Positions 1 through 8,246 of a DNA stretch of 64,000 nucleotides are shown here, piece after piece. The position numbers and the translations under genes are program-made. Position 1 is the stretch's first letter. The number at the start of each line of letters is the position of its first letter. The stretch is from an uncultured Desulfospira sp. (GTDB lineage: Bacteria > Desulfobacterota > Desulfobacteria > Desulfobacterales > Desulfobacteraceae), in the NCBI GenBank assembly GCA_963663165.1, contig OY760175.1:4416001-4480000 (forward strand), read 5' to 3'. The notes under the pieces were generated by a model, which saw only the letters and a list, made by a program, of their open reading frames with translations, made no database searches and was not told the origin of the DNA.

Positions 1-1
1 G

Positions 2-805
2 ATAAGCGAAATCCTGAGCTACACCGAAGGAGATACCGCTAATGATAAGCAGGACTGCGAACTCAAGGCGTTTTACCGGTTAGCCTCTTGCCTGAAGGCG
101 GCATTTCCCGCCCTAAAAATTATGGTGCTTTTGGATGGGCTTTATGCCAAGGGCCCCGTGGCAGAAATTTGCCGAACAAACAAATGGCAGTTCATGATTG
201 TACTGAAAGATGACGCTCTACCCAGCGTAATGAATGAATTTGAAACGCTTGCCGCACTCGATACAGAAAACTGCCACCAACACACATGGGGCAATAGGAA
301 ACAGGTTTTTCGGTGGATCAACGCCATTGACTACCGGTTTGGTCCGAACGGCAAGAAAAGTCAAATCCTGCACGTTGTTGAATGCAAAGAGAGCTGGAAA
401 GAGGTTAGCCGGGAAAGCGGTCAACCGGAAAAGAAAAATAGTCGTCATGTGTGGTTGTCCAGCGAACCTTTGGACAGATTTAATCTTCACGAACGATGCA
501 ACATAGCCGCCCGTTCCCGTTGGTGTATTGAAACCGGTATTCTCGTTGAGAAACATCATGGATATGAGTACGAGCACTGTTTTTCGTATGATTGGAACGT
601 CATGAAGGGGTATCATGCCTTGATGCGCCTGGGCCATATGTTTAACGTTTTGGCCAGATACTCGCAGCGGCTTGCCAGGATTATTGAAGATACCGGCGCA
701 CGGGGCCTGATTCGTTTAGTCCGGGATACCATGTCCGGCCCGTGGCTGGATTACATGTGGCTGGAAGATCGTCTGTCCACTCCCTTTCAACTCCGATTAG
801 TATGA
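2..805 (+). CDS. DDE transposase, ISAs1-like/ISNCY-type, 5'-truncated by the window edge
   Basis: Frame is open from base 2 (ISEILSY...KQDCELKAFYRLA...LLDGLYA...RSRWCIET). KQDCE-x-A, D-x-LY and R-x-RW-x-IE motifs are typical of DDE transposases. Confidence 0.8.
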   Translation: MSEILSYTEGDTANDKQDCELKAFYRLASCLKAAFPALKIMVLLDGLYAKGPVAEICRTNKWQFMIVLKDDALPSVMNEFETLAALDTENCHQHTWGNRKQVFRWINAIDYRFGPNGKKSQILHVVECKESWKEVSRESGQPEKKNSRHVWLSSEPLDRFNLHERCNIAARSRWCIETGILVEKHHGYEYEHCFSYDWNVMKGYHALMRLGHMFNVLARYSQRLARIIEDTGARGLIRLVRDTMSGPWLDYMWLEDRLSTPFQLRLV

Positions 806-990
806 CGGCAACGACGGACGGGTAATCGAAAACACTCTCCCAAGCAGAGAGGTGGGAACGCTATGTTCGGACCGAAGGACCGTCTTTCGTTTCGGCCATA
901 GTCAGTGTCTGAAGGACTGCCTTTTTGAATTAAAAAAGGCTGGATCTCCCCCCAAAGGGAGTGGTTAGATCGACTAAAGCCAACCTTTTT

Positions 991-1010
991 TTATTCATGC
1001 GTCAGCACTG
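991..1010. mobile_element. Right terminal inverted repeat of the IS (TTATTCATGCGTCAGCACTG)
   Basis: Rhs homology starts immediately after 1010. The end resembles ISAs1-type termini (...ATGCG-N3-GCCCTG) and the remnant at 4316-4336. Confidence 0.6.
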
Positions 1011-1659
1011 CACACCTGTCAAACAGCTTGACTATGACAGCTTCGGCAATATAATAGGAGATACCCATCCAGCCTTTACTATTCCCTTTGGTTTTGCCGG
1101 CGGCCTGCACGATTCCGATACCGGCCTTGTCCGCTTTGGATACCGGGATTACATGCCGGAAATCGGCAAGTGGACCGCCAAAGACCCGATCCTGTTTGCC
1201 GGCGGGGATACTAATTTGTTTGGGTATGTCCTGAATGATCCGGTTAATTTTGTTGATCCAACTGGTGAATTTCGTTTTGGTACCAGACCCCTTGGGTCTT
1301 TTCCAGGTAAAATAGGATATAATGAGGGGGCGAGTAACCAAAGATTATTGCATGAGCATGGATTCTACGAGAACGGTCATAATGTTGGATATTTCAATCG
1401 AGGAATTGATAAAGATAGCTCGTCAGCTTGTAGCAATTATGAAATGTTTGGCCCATATTATGATGACGCTATTATGGAAATAGCTGAAAACAATTTACGT
1501 AACAGTGGAGAATGGAACAAGCAAGGTACGAGTAATGGGTACGATTTAATAAACCATAACTGCCAAGATTTTGCCGATGCATTAAGAAATGAATATGATA
1601 GATTGCAAGGCCCAATTTATGACAATCATATACCTATCTCCCTTGATCCATTCTTTTGA
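1011..1659 (+). pseudogene. Orphan Rhs core fragment + C-terminal toxin 1 (permuted papain-like/NlpC-P60 fold), interrupted upstream by the IS
   Basis: YDSFGN, FGFAGGL, RFGYRDY, GKWTAKDP and PVNFVDPTG form the Rhs-associated core. The tip has HEH...YDLINHNCQDF. Confidence 0.85.
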
Positions 1660-1666
1660 TAATATC

Positions 1667-2089
1667 ATGATTAAAATTCCTCTAACAGAATTAAAGCATT
1701 CAAAAACTTTTTGTGTTATTTCGATAATCGCAACTGTTATTTCTGTTGGGCTTATCACTAATTGGCTGTTAAAAGCAAGCTGGGATGCGATGGTTTATGA
1801 TGTTGGCAAAGTAGGCACAATAATCGTTTTGGGTATTTATCATCTAATTTATTCAGGTATAATTTTAGTAGGTGTTATGTGTTCACTTATTAGATTCTCA
1901 AATAGTATTCATCAGCTAAACATTTATATCTGCATAACATCATCGGCTTTAGTAACAATTTGTGCTAACATCCTAACCCATTTCTTCCACAATAATATCG
2001 GATGGGTTGAAATTGTCTTTGGATTGTGGATTGGTTCATGGATTGTTTGCCTACTTATTTATTTTTTTAAGGACAAGGGGCATAACTGA
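1667..2089 (+). CDS. Putative immunity protein, about 4 TM helices
   Basis: AT-rich ORF 7 bp after toxin 1 with four hydrophobic segments. Confidence 0.65.
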   Translation: MIKIPLTELKHSKTFCVISIIATVISVGLITNWLLKASWDAMVYDVGKVGTIIVLGIYHLIYSGIILVGVMCSLIRFSNSIHQLNIYICITSSALVTICANILTHFFHNNIGWVEIVFGLWIGSWIVCLLIYFFKDKGHN

Positions 2090-2104
2090 GGGATAATCTC
2101 GGGA

Positions 2105-2155
2105 TCGGGGGACCTTACATAATTCCAAATAATTAAGTAAGGTGTCCCCCGAATT
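2105..2155. repeat. REP/REPIN-like hairpin at a cassette junction
   Basis: TCGGGGGACCTTAC ... GTAAGGTGTCCCCCGAATT is a near-perfect inverted repeat with the same core as the RAYT ends. Confidence 0.75.
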
Positions 2156-2157
2156 AG

Positions 2158-3027
2158 GACCCTCTCGGCAGAAGAGCGGCCAAGAAAGTCAACGGCACCA
2201 TAGTCGAAAAATACCTGTGGTCCGGCCTTACAACCCTGCTTGCCGTGTATGACGGCAATGATGATTTAAAGCAGCGGTTCCTTTACGCAGACGACCGGGT
2301 GCCCTATGCCATGACCCAGGACGGGACCACCTGCTATCTGGCTTACGACCAGGTCGGATCTCTCCGGCTCGTAACCGACAGTTCCGGCACCCCTGTCAAA
2401 CAGCTTGACTATGACAGCTTCGGCAATATAATAGGAGATACCCATCCAGCCTTTACTATTCCCTTTGGTTTTGCCGGCGGCCTGCAGGATTCCGATACCG
2501 GCCTTGTCCGTTTTGGATACCGGGATTACATGCCCGAAATCGGCAAGTGGACCGCCAAAGACCCGATCCTGTTTGCCGGCGGGGATACTAATTTGTTTGG
2601 GTATGTCCTGAATGATCCGGTTAATTTTGTGGATCCTGAAGGGCTTTGGTCGGAAACTCATCCTCATCAAATCCAAAAAGATCCTACCGGTGGTGGTGGA
2701 GCAGGAGCAGCCAGCACTGTAACAGGTATTGGGGCTGGTTTGGCATTAGGGCAGATGCTTTCAGATATGATGTTCGAAGACTATGAAGGTAGTAGTTGCC
2801 CCGGTTACACTTCTGACAAATTTCCTCCTGGCTTCTGGCCTGGTGATAAGGGTGCTGAAGAGTGGGGGCGAAGAAACAATATAGATAAAAATGATGCTCG
2901 GCGAAGATTCCATGATAAAAAAAAGAAGGATTTGGGTAGTGAAGCAACGGATCCATATGGTGTGAATCCAGATACAGGGGATATTGTTGATCCAAATGGA
3001 GAATATGTTGATAACTTAGGCCAATAA
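2158..3027 (+). pseudogene. Orphan Rhs core fragment + C-terminal toxin 2 (probable small nuclease/RNase tip)
   Basis: Frame reads DPLGRRAAKKVNG...YDQVGSLR...PVNFVDPEGL from 2158 with no cognate start (GTG at 2245 is possible). It shares 245 bp (2392-2636) with 1015-1259 at 4 mismatches. The tip is ...FHDKKK...DPYGVNPDTGDIVDPNGEYVDNL. Confidence 0.85.
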
Positions 3028-3033
3028 ATTAAA

Positions 3034-3070
3034 TAAGGTTAACACGGCTTTTTAGTCCGTGTTAACCTTA
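3034..3070. terminator. Bidirectional terminator-like hairpin
   Basis: Perfect 14-bp stem TAAGGTTAACACGG/CCGTGTTAACCTTA between convergent genes. Confidence 0.7.
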
Positions 3071-3075
3071 AAAAA

Positions 3076-3477
3076 TTAGACCTCATTATCAAAATAAATA
3101 TCCCAATGGATTTCTAACCCAAATTTTAAAAAAGATTTCATAGTTTCTAAATCCAAAAATAATCCTTCATTCCCTGTTGAAACCCAGTAACAAAAGACGT
3201 CCATACTACAATCATCTTTACGAAGATCAGACAATAAATTTTCTTTATCTTGTAGTAATTCAATAAGTTTGGATAAATGTTTCAGGTTTTCACATGAATC
3301 AATTTTTCCCTCAGTAGACCAACTCCAAAAATTGTATTTTTGCCTTGATCTATTATGAGATTCTTGGTCTAAAGGAATCATTTCTGTTGCAGTAATATTC
3401 AATCTTCTGCCAATAATTTCAGGTGATATCTTTTTAGAAAAAATTCTTAAAGTAGCAAAAGTTTCTTTACAACTCAT
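3076..3477 (-). CDS. DUF4279-like protein, putative immunity protein
   Basis: Pattern ATLRIF..ISPE.I...L.I....W.WST.....HL..L...L...LDLE....L..FGLEI.WDIY. AT-rich and next to an Rhs tip. Confidence 0.65.
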   Translation of the reverse strand: MSCKETFATLRIFSKKISPEIIGRRLNITATEMIPLDQESHNRSRQKYNFWSWSTEGKIDSCENLKHLSKLIELLQDKENLLSDLRKDDCSMDVFCYWVSTGNEGLFLDLETMKSFLKFGLEIHWDIYFDNEV

Positions 3478-3556
3478 ATTATAACCCCTTCATTGCCAAT
3501 TTTAGTCTAAATGTCCTGTATTCTCTTAATAACTTAGGGCCTCTGACCCCATTTAT

Positions 3557-3877
3557 CCCAGCCATAATATAGGCGGCCTGGGCATTGCCGGGGATCAGGC
3601 CCGAGGCCGTTAAAATTCCCACGGCAACAGGCGGGTCCAGTCCGGTGCCTTCCTTTTTCAAATCTGCCGGTGCCAGGTTGATGGTGACCCGGTCCATGGG
3701 AAAGGTACACCCGGAGTTCTTAACCGCTGACCTGACCCGCTCCCGGCTCTCTCTGACCGCTGCCTCGGCCAGGCCCACAATGGAAAAAACCGGCAGACCA
3801 AATGCAATACCCACCTCCACCTCCACCACAATGGCGTCAATGCCGTTCACGGCGCATGAATTAACTTTTGCGATCAT
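3557..3877 (-). pseudogene. comM: 5' fragment of ComM/YifB Mg-chelatase-like ATPase
   Basis: MIAKVNS..GIDA..VEVEV...GLP.FSIVGL..AVRESRERVRSA.KNSG..FP..RVTINLAPADLKKEG. Homology stops at MAG (GEL.LDG expected next), exactly at ATAAATGGGGTCAGA. Confidence 0.9.
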
Positions 3878-4000
3878 GGGGTTCCTTTTGAAGGTCAATG
3901 GCAGAAGGGGGACAAAATTTAACCGGTTGCGGGGTTCAGGCTGTCTAAATCCCTCTTATCTAACTCCCTGACAATCTACCAAAAAAATATGGACAAACCA

Positions 4001-4022
4001 AAGAAAAAACGCATTTCTTTTG
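4001..4022 (+). repeat. 22-bp direct repeat, left copy (AAGAAAAAACGCATTTCTTTTG)
   Basis: Identical to 10642-10663. Confidence 0.95.
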
Positions 4023-4033
4023 ATATTCCGGGG

Positions 4034-4256
4034 TATGACAGCGACGGCCTGTTGACGGCATCGGGAAGTTTTACCATTTCCAGGAACCAGGAGACCGGCC
4101 TTTCTGAAACGGTTTTTAACAACGCAGTCACCATGAACCGGACCTTTAACAGCTATGGTGAGCTTGAATCCTCTGCTGTCTTGATATCCTCAAGCCCGGT
4201 TCTGGCCATTGACCTTGCCAGGAACGACAATGGCCGGATCACCGAGAAAATCGAAG
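4034..4256 (+). pseudogene. Internal Rhs/YD-repeat fragment
   Basis: YDSDGLLT...TFNSYGEL...RNDNGRITEKIE are YD-repeat-like. Bounded by ATTCCGGGG and CCGACCCC. Confidence 0.7.
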
Positions 4257-4315
4257 CTATACGCCCGACCCCCGGTCCCTGGTTAATTAACGCCATGACC
4301 ATAGGCAACTCAGAA

Positions 4316-4336
4316 TTTTTACATGCGTTAGCCCTG
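4316..4336. mobile_element. Isolated ISAs1-family terminal remnant (TTTTTACATGCGTTAGCCCTG)
   Basis: Reverse complement starts CAGGGCTAACGCATG, which fits ISAs1/H-repeat ends and resembles 991-1010. Confidence 0.5.
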
Positions 4337-4346
4337 GGGAGCATGT

Positions 4347-4393
4347 AATTCGGGGGACAAAAATATTCAATTCCGGGGACATGATACAGAATT
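4347..4393. repeat. RAYT left-end remnant plus inverted RAYT right end
   Basis: 4369-4393 AATTCCGGGGACATGATACAGAATT is the reverse complement of 6262-6286 with 2 mismatches. 4347-4367 resembles a shortened 5533-5560. Confidence 0.8.
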
Positions 4394-4402
4394 CCCATCA
4401 AC

Positions 4403-4672
4403 CTAAGGAAAATACTTATAAATCTCACCCCGATGCAGGAACCTGACAAAGCAGACGGCATCTTCTTCAATAACAAGGCCCAGGCGGTAGTCACCCATTC
4501 TGATGCGGTAGTGACTACCCTGGGCCTTTAACTTTTTAAGGTTCCGGATGCTGTGGATGTCCGGGGCCTCCTCCACTTCCCGGATGATCTGCCGGACCCG
4601 GTCGAGCAAGGGTTGGTCTGTTTTGCGTTTTTTTAAATCTCTGGCAAAGCTCTTTTTAAAATCGAGGATCAC
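4403..4672 (-). CDS. RelE/ParE family type II toxin
   Basis: 89 aa; F.KSF.RDLKK...KKLK....YRIRMGDYRL...RFLHRGEIY. Confidence 0.9.
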   Translation of the reverse strand: MILDFKKSFARDLKKRKTDQPLLDRVRQIIREVEEAPDIHSIRNLKKLKAQGSHYRIRMGDYRLGLVIEEDAVCFVRFLHRGEIYKYFP

Positions 4673-4875
4673 GCCCGGCCTTCCAGTATGTTAAATATCT
4701 CTTTTTTTGTGGCAGTGCCGGTATTCTGTCCTTCCTGGATCGCCCGGCTCAGGGCAATGTCTTCCATGGCATCCACGATCATCTCATGAAAGATGTTCTG
4801 TTTTTCTTCGAGCATCTCGACAAGTGCTTCCTTGAAGACCTGTTTGAGTCTGGCCTCATCCATTACGGTCTGCAT
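4669..4875 (-). CDS. Cognate antitoxin
   Basis: 68-aa acidic ORF overlapping the toxin start by 4 bp; EDIALSRAIQEG. Confidence 0.8.
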   Translation of the reverse strand: MQTVMDEARLKQVFKEALVEMLEEKQNIFHEMIVDAMEDIALSRAIQEGQNTGTATKKEIFNILEGRA

Positions 4876-4894
4876 GGCGTCTCCTTACAAACAA

Positions 4895-5266
4895 TCAGGC
4901 CCGGGCCAGTTGTTCAAATTTATATTTTTTGATGAATGCATCCAGCAGGCTGGTCAGTACCTGCTGGTCTTCTTCGGGAAGTTGCTCTATTTCTTCGATA
5001 TGCTTTAGAAGCTCCCGGCTCCTGATCTTGTTGATTGCCACGTTTGCTTCATCCCGCAGCAGGTAATCCAGGCTGACGTCAAACACAGAAGCAATTTTAA
5101 CGACCATGTTGGTGGGCGGGCAGACCACTCCCCGTTCGTATTTGGATATCAACTGGACATTCACGCCCAGTTTGTTGCCGAGCTGCCCCTGGGACAAGCC
5201 CCGGCCCTGGCGCAGCTTCTTTAACTTATCAGGCAATCCGGATATAATGGCTTTATTGTTATTCAT
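4895..5266 (-). CDS. XRE-family HTH regulator
   Basis: LKKLRQGRGLSQGQLG..LGV....ISKYERG...P....KIA..FDVSLDYLL. Confidence 0.9.
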   Translation of the reverse strand: MNNNKAIISGLPDKLKKLRQGRGLSQGQLGNKLGVNVQLISKYERGVVCPPTNMVVKIASVFDVSLDYLLRDEANVAINKIRSRELLKHIEEIEQLPEEDQQVLTSLLDAFIKKYKFEQLARA

Positions 5267-5531
5267 AAGTTCCTCCTTGCCTGTATATTTCTATAAATAT
5301 GGGCCTGTGTGCAAACATATTTTTCCTTGACTTTAACTTTAAAGGATACCAACTAAGCATATTAAGTTATACTTTTTGTCGTGAAAAGCAAGTTTATTTT
5401 GATATCAGGGATGTTTTTAGGAAAGAAGGCCATCAACCCGCACTCGCCAAAGTCAACCGGTTGATGGCCGAAAAAAACAAATCACAAAGGGCAAGCCCGT
5501 TTGTAACCGTTTTCTTTTTCTATCATATCTC

Positions 5532-6309
5532 GAATTCGGGGGACACGAGATAAAAATATTAATAAATTAAGTTTGATTTGCAATAAGTACCAATATGGCA
5601 AGGATAGCAAGAGCAGTAGCCCCGGGATACCCCCATCACATTACGCAGAGGGGTAACCGGAGGCAGCAGACATTCTTTTTGGATGAAGATTATCAGGCCT
5701 ATATTGATCTGATGGCGCAATGGTGCGGGCATTTTAATGTAGAAATCTGGAGTTACTGCCTGATGCCCAATCATACCCATTTAATTGCGGTTCCCGCAAC
5801 ATCAGACGGGATCGCCTCGGCCATAGGCAAAGCCCATAGAAGATATGCAAGAATGGTGAATTTCCGGGAAGGCTGGCGGGGCTATTTCTGGCAGGGACGT
5901 TTCACCTCTTTCATTTTGGACGAACCACATTTGCTGGCAGCTGCCAGATATATTGAGCAAAATCCCGTCAGGGCCGGGTTGGTTAAAAAGCCGGAAGAAT
6001 ATCGGTGGAGTTCTTGCAGGGCACACTTAAATCTCGCCAAAGATCCTCTTGTGAGGGTGGAACCTTTATCGGCATATGTAGATAAGTGGGATGAATTTAT
6101 AAATCTCCCTGTTGATCATGTCCAAAGGGATGCGATGCAAAAGCATGAGAGGACCGGGCGTCCCTTGGGAGGGGATGAATTCATTATCCAGCTCGAAACC
6201 GAGACCGGTCGGATGCTGAGAAAAAAGAAGACCGGCCCGAAAGGGCCAAGATTAAAACGATAATTTTGTATCGTGTCCCCGGAATTCGGTGTCCCCGGAA
6301 TTCGGAATT
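5532..6309 (+). mobile_element. RAYT element with inverted REP-like ends
   Basis: Left end GAATTCGGGGGACACGA. Right end TCGTGTCCCCGGAATTC, reiterated as GGTGTCCCCGGAATTC-GGAATT. Confidence 0.85.
5595..6263 (+). CDS. REP-associated tyrosine (HUH/Y1) transposase
   Basis: HHITQRGN, YCLMPNHTHL (HUH), FWQGRF, YIEQNPVRAG (catalytic Tyr) and YRWSS. Confidence 0.92.
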   Translation: MARIARAVAPGYPHHITQRGNRRQQTFFLDEDYQAYIDLMAQWCGHFNVEIWSYCLMPNHTHLIAVPATSDGIASAIGKAHRRYARMVNFREGWRGYFWQGRFTSFILDEPHLLAAARYIEQNPVRAGLVKKPEEYRWSSCRAHLNLAKDPLVRVEPLSAYVDKWDEFINLPVDHVQRDAMQKHERTGRPLGGDEFIIQLETETGRMLRKKKTGPKGPRLKR

Positions 6310-6338
6310 GTGCCACCGGTTTTACCGGTGGCTGATTA

Positions 6339-8009
6339 CTATTTACTGGCGTTTTCAACAAAAACTTCGATCAGGTTTGGATGGTTTGAGCCAATATTAT
6401 CCTCCAAAGTGGCCAGTAACTCGTTGGGATCCTCAACCTGGGTTGCTGCTACCCCCATGGACTCAGCCATTTTCTGAAAATTCATGACAGGACTGTCCAG
6501 CTCCATGCCGGGGTGTTTTTCATTCAGAGGATAGTCACCCAGTACAGCCTTGCGCACCAGCTTCACCTGACGATAGGTTGCATTATTGGTGATGATAAAG
6601 GTAACAGGAATATTGTATTTAGCTGCGGTCCAAAAAGATTGCATACTCCAGGCCGCGCTACCGTCACCGGAAACCACCACCACATTCTTATCAGGTGCGC
6701 CAAGCTTGGCCCCTAAAGCCATGGGAAGGCCTGAGCCGATACTCCCGCCGTTCCTGGCCCTGATGAAGGAATCGGGCGTATCAAGATCCAACACCTGCCT
6801 GAGCATCGCTGAAGACGACCAGCAGTCATCCACAATAATCGTGTCGGCAGGCAATGCCTTTTTCAGGTCGGACATGAGTCGGGAGATGGCAATAGGACAC
6901 TGGTCCTTTTCAGCCTGGACCTGCTCTTCAAGCATTGCCAGTTTCATTTTCTTCTCAGCCAGGATTGACAACCTGCGGGAGGCGGCCATTTTCTGGTAGC
7001 CATCATCCAACTGCCCTTCCATTTTCGCGAGAATGTCGGTGAGGCCGGCCTTTATATCGCACTGAATTCCACAATCCACTGGAAAATTCTTGCCTATTTC
7101 CCATGGATTTTCGTCAAACTGCATGATCTTGATGTCATTTGGTAGCGTCGGTTCCGGATTGACAAAGGCCTGGGCAAACATGGGACAACCGATACCGATC
7201 AACAGATCAACCCCTTCCAGTATTTTTCGGGCCGGAGGCGATGTCGGGTCCAGATCACCAAGGTACTGGCCATGGGTCACCGGAAAGTTCACGTCCGACA
7301 TCCAGCTCTGGAACACCTTCGCCCCGATCATTTCAGCAAACCGGACTGTTTCCTCTATGGCGTTGCATCGGCTGACACCACTTTCCACGAATATGACAGG
7401 GTTCTTGGCTTTCTTGAGTAGTTCGATGGCCAGGACAAGGGATTCTGCGTCCGGCCTTACCCCGGGGTATACCCGGGTATTATCCTTATAGGTGTAATCA
7501 AGTTCCCCATCCAATACATCGTAGGGTATGGAGACAAGTACAGGCCCGGCCGGATGCTGAATTGACATTTTAAAGGCCCGCTGCACCGTAACCGGAATGT
7601 CCTGGGCATGTATAATTTCAGTAGCCCATTTGCTAAAAAGCTTACCCATGCCAACAATGTCCCCGGTCAAGTGCGGGTCTCGCTGCAAAAGCCTGCTATG
7701 TTGTTGACCAACGGTAATCACAATGGGTACGTTTCCGGAACAGGCGTTATACAACATGGGAAGGGCCGCTGCCATTCCCGGCCCGGTATGCAGGTTCAAA
7801 AACCCCGGCTTTCCGGATGCTCGGGCATATCCCTCAGCCATACCTGCACAGACAATTTCATTCAAACCAAGTATATATTCAATGTCGTTCGCCCGCTCCA
7901 GGGCGTCCATGAAGACAATCTCCGTAGCGCCCGGAATTCCAAAAACATATTCAACACTCTCCTTGGAAAGGAGATCAATTAAAGCGTCTTTTCCTGTCGT
8001 CTTTGCCAT
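6339..8009 (-). CDS. ThDP-dependent 2-oxoacid decarboxylase, benzoylformate decarboxylase-like
   Basis: FGIPGATE, catalytic E in LNEI, NLH motif, and ThDP motif GDGS...WTAAKY...NN. Confidence 0.85.
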   Translation of the reverse strand: MAKTTGKDALIDLLSKESVEYVFGIPGATEIVFMDALERANDIEYILGLNEIVCAGMAEGYARASGKPGFLNLHTGPGMAAALPMLYNACSGNVPIVITVGQQHSRLLQRDPHLTGDIVGMGKLFSKWATEIIHAQDIPVTVQRAFKMSIQHPAGPVLVSIPYDVLDGELDYTYKDNTRVYPGVRPDAESLVLAIELLKKAKNPVIFVESGVSRCNAIEETVRFAEMIGAKVFQSWMSDVNFPVTHGQYLGDLDPTSPPARKILEGVDLLIGIGCPMFAQAFVNPEPTLPNDIKIMQFDENPWEIGKNFPVDCGIQCDIKAGLTDILAKMEGQLDDGYQKMAASRRLSILAEKKMKLAMLEEQVQAEKDQCPIAISRLMSDLKKALPADTIIVDDCWSSSAMLRQVLDLDTPDSFIRARNGGSIGSGLPMALGAKLGAPDKNVVVVSGDGSAAWSMQSFWTAAKYNIPVTFIITNNATYRQVKLVRKAVLGDYPLNEKHPGMELDSPVMNFQKMAESMGVAATQVEDPNELLATLEDNIGSNHPNLIEVFVENASK

Positions 8010-8246
8010 TTTTGTCCTTTTGGGTGTTGATTATTCGCTCATCTCGAAATGATTTCCGTCACCTCGTGAAACCGTTTTTTGCGTTATTAACCCAGGTTTC
8101 ACGAGGGTCAGACTTTTGAAGATTCTGACAATAACATACAATGTTCGTCGAAAGGTGAAGTGATCATCAAACAGTAAGTTTTCATTGGTTAAAAAATTTC
8201 CCAGCCGCTTCTCCCGGGGGCATAATTTGGAGAAGCGGTTCTATCA

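Noticed and set aside
961..1010. GTG start giving a complete 232-aa Rhs gene
   Set aside because: The first 50 bp belong to the IS end. Rhs homology starts only at about 1011.
3989..4348. Intact 119-aa gene
   Set aside because: It is a chance read-through of the 22-bp repeat, an Rhs fragment and an IS-end remnant.
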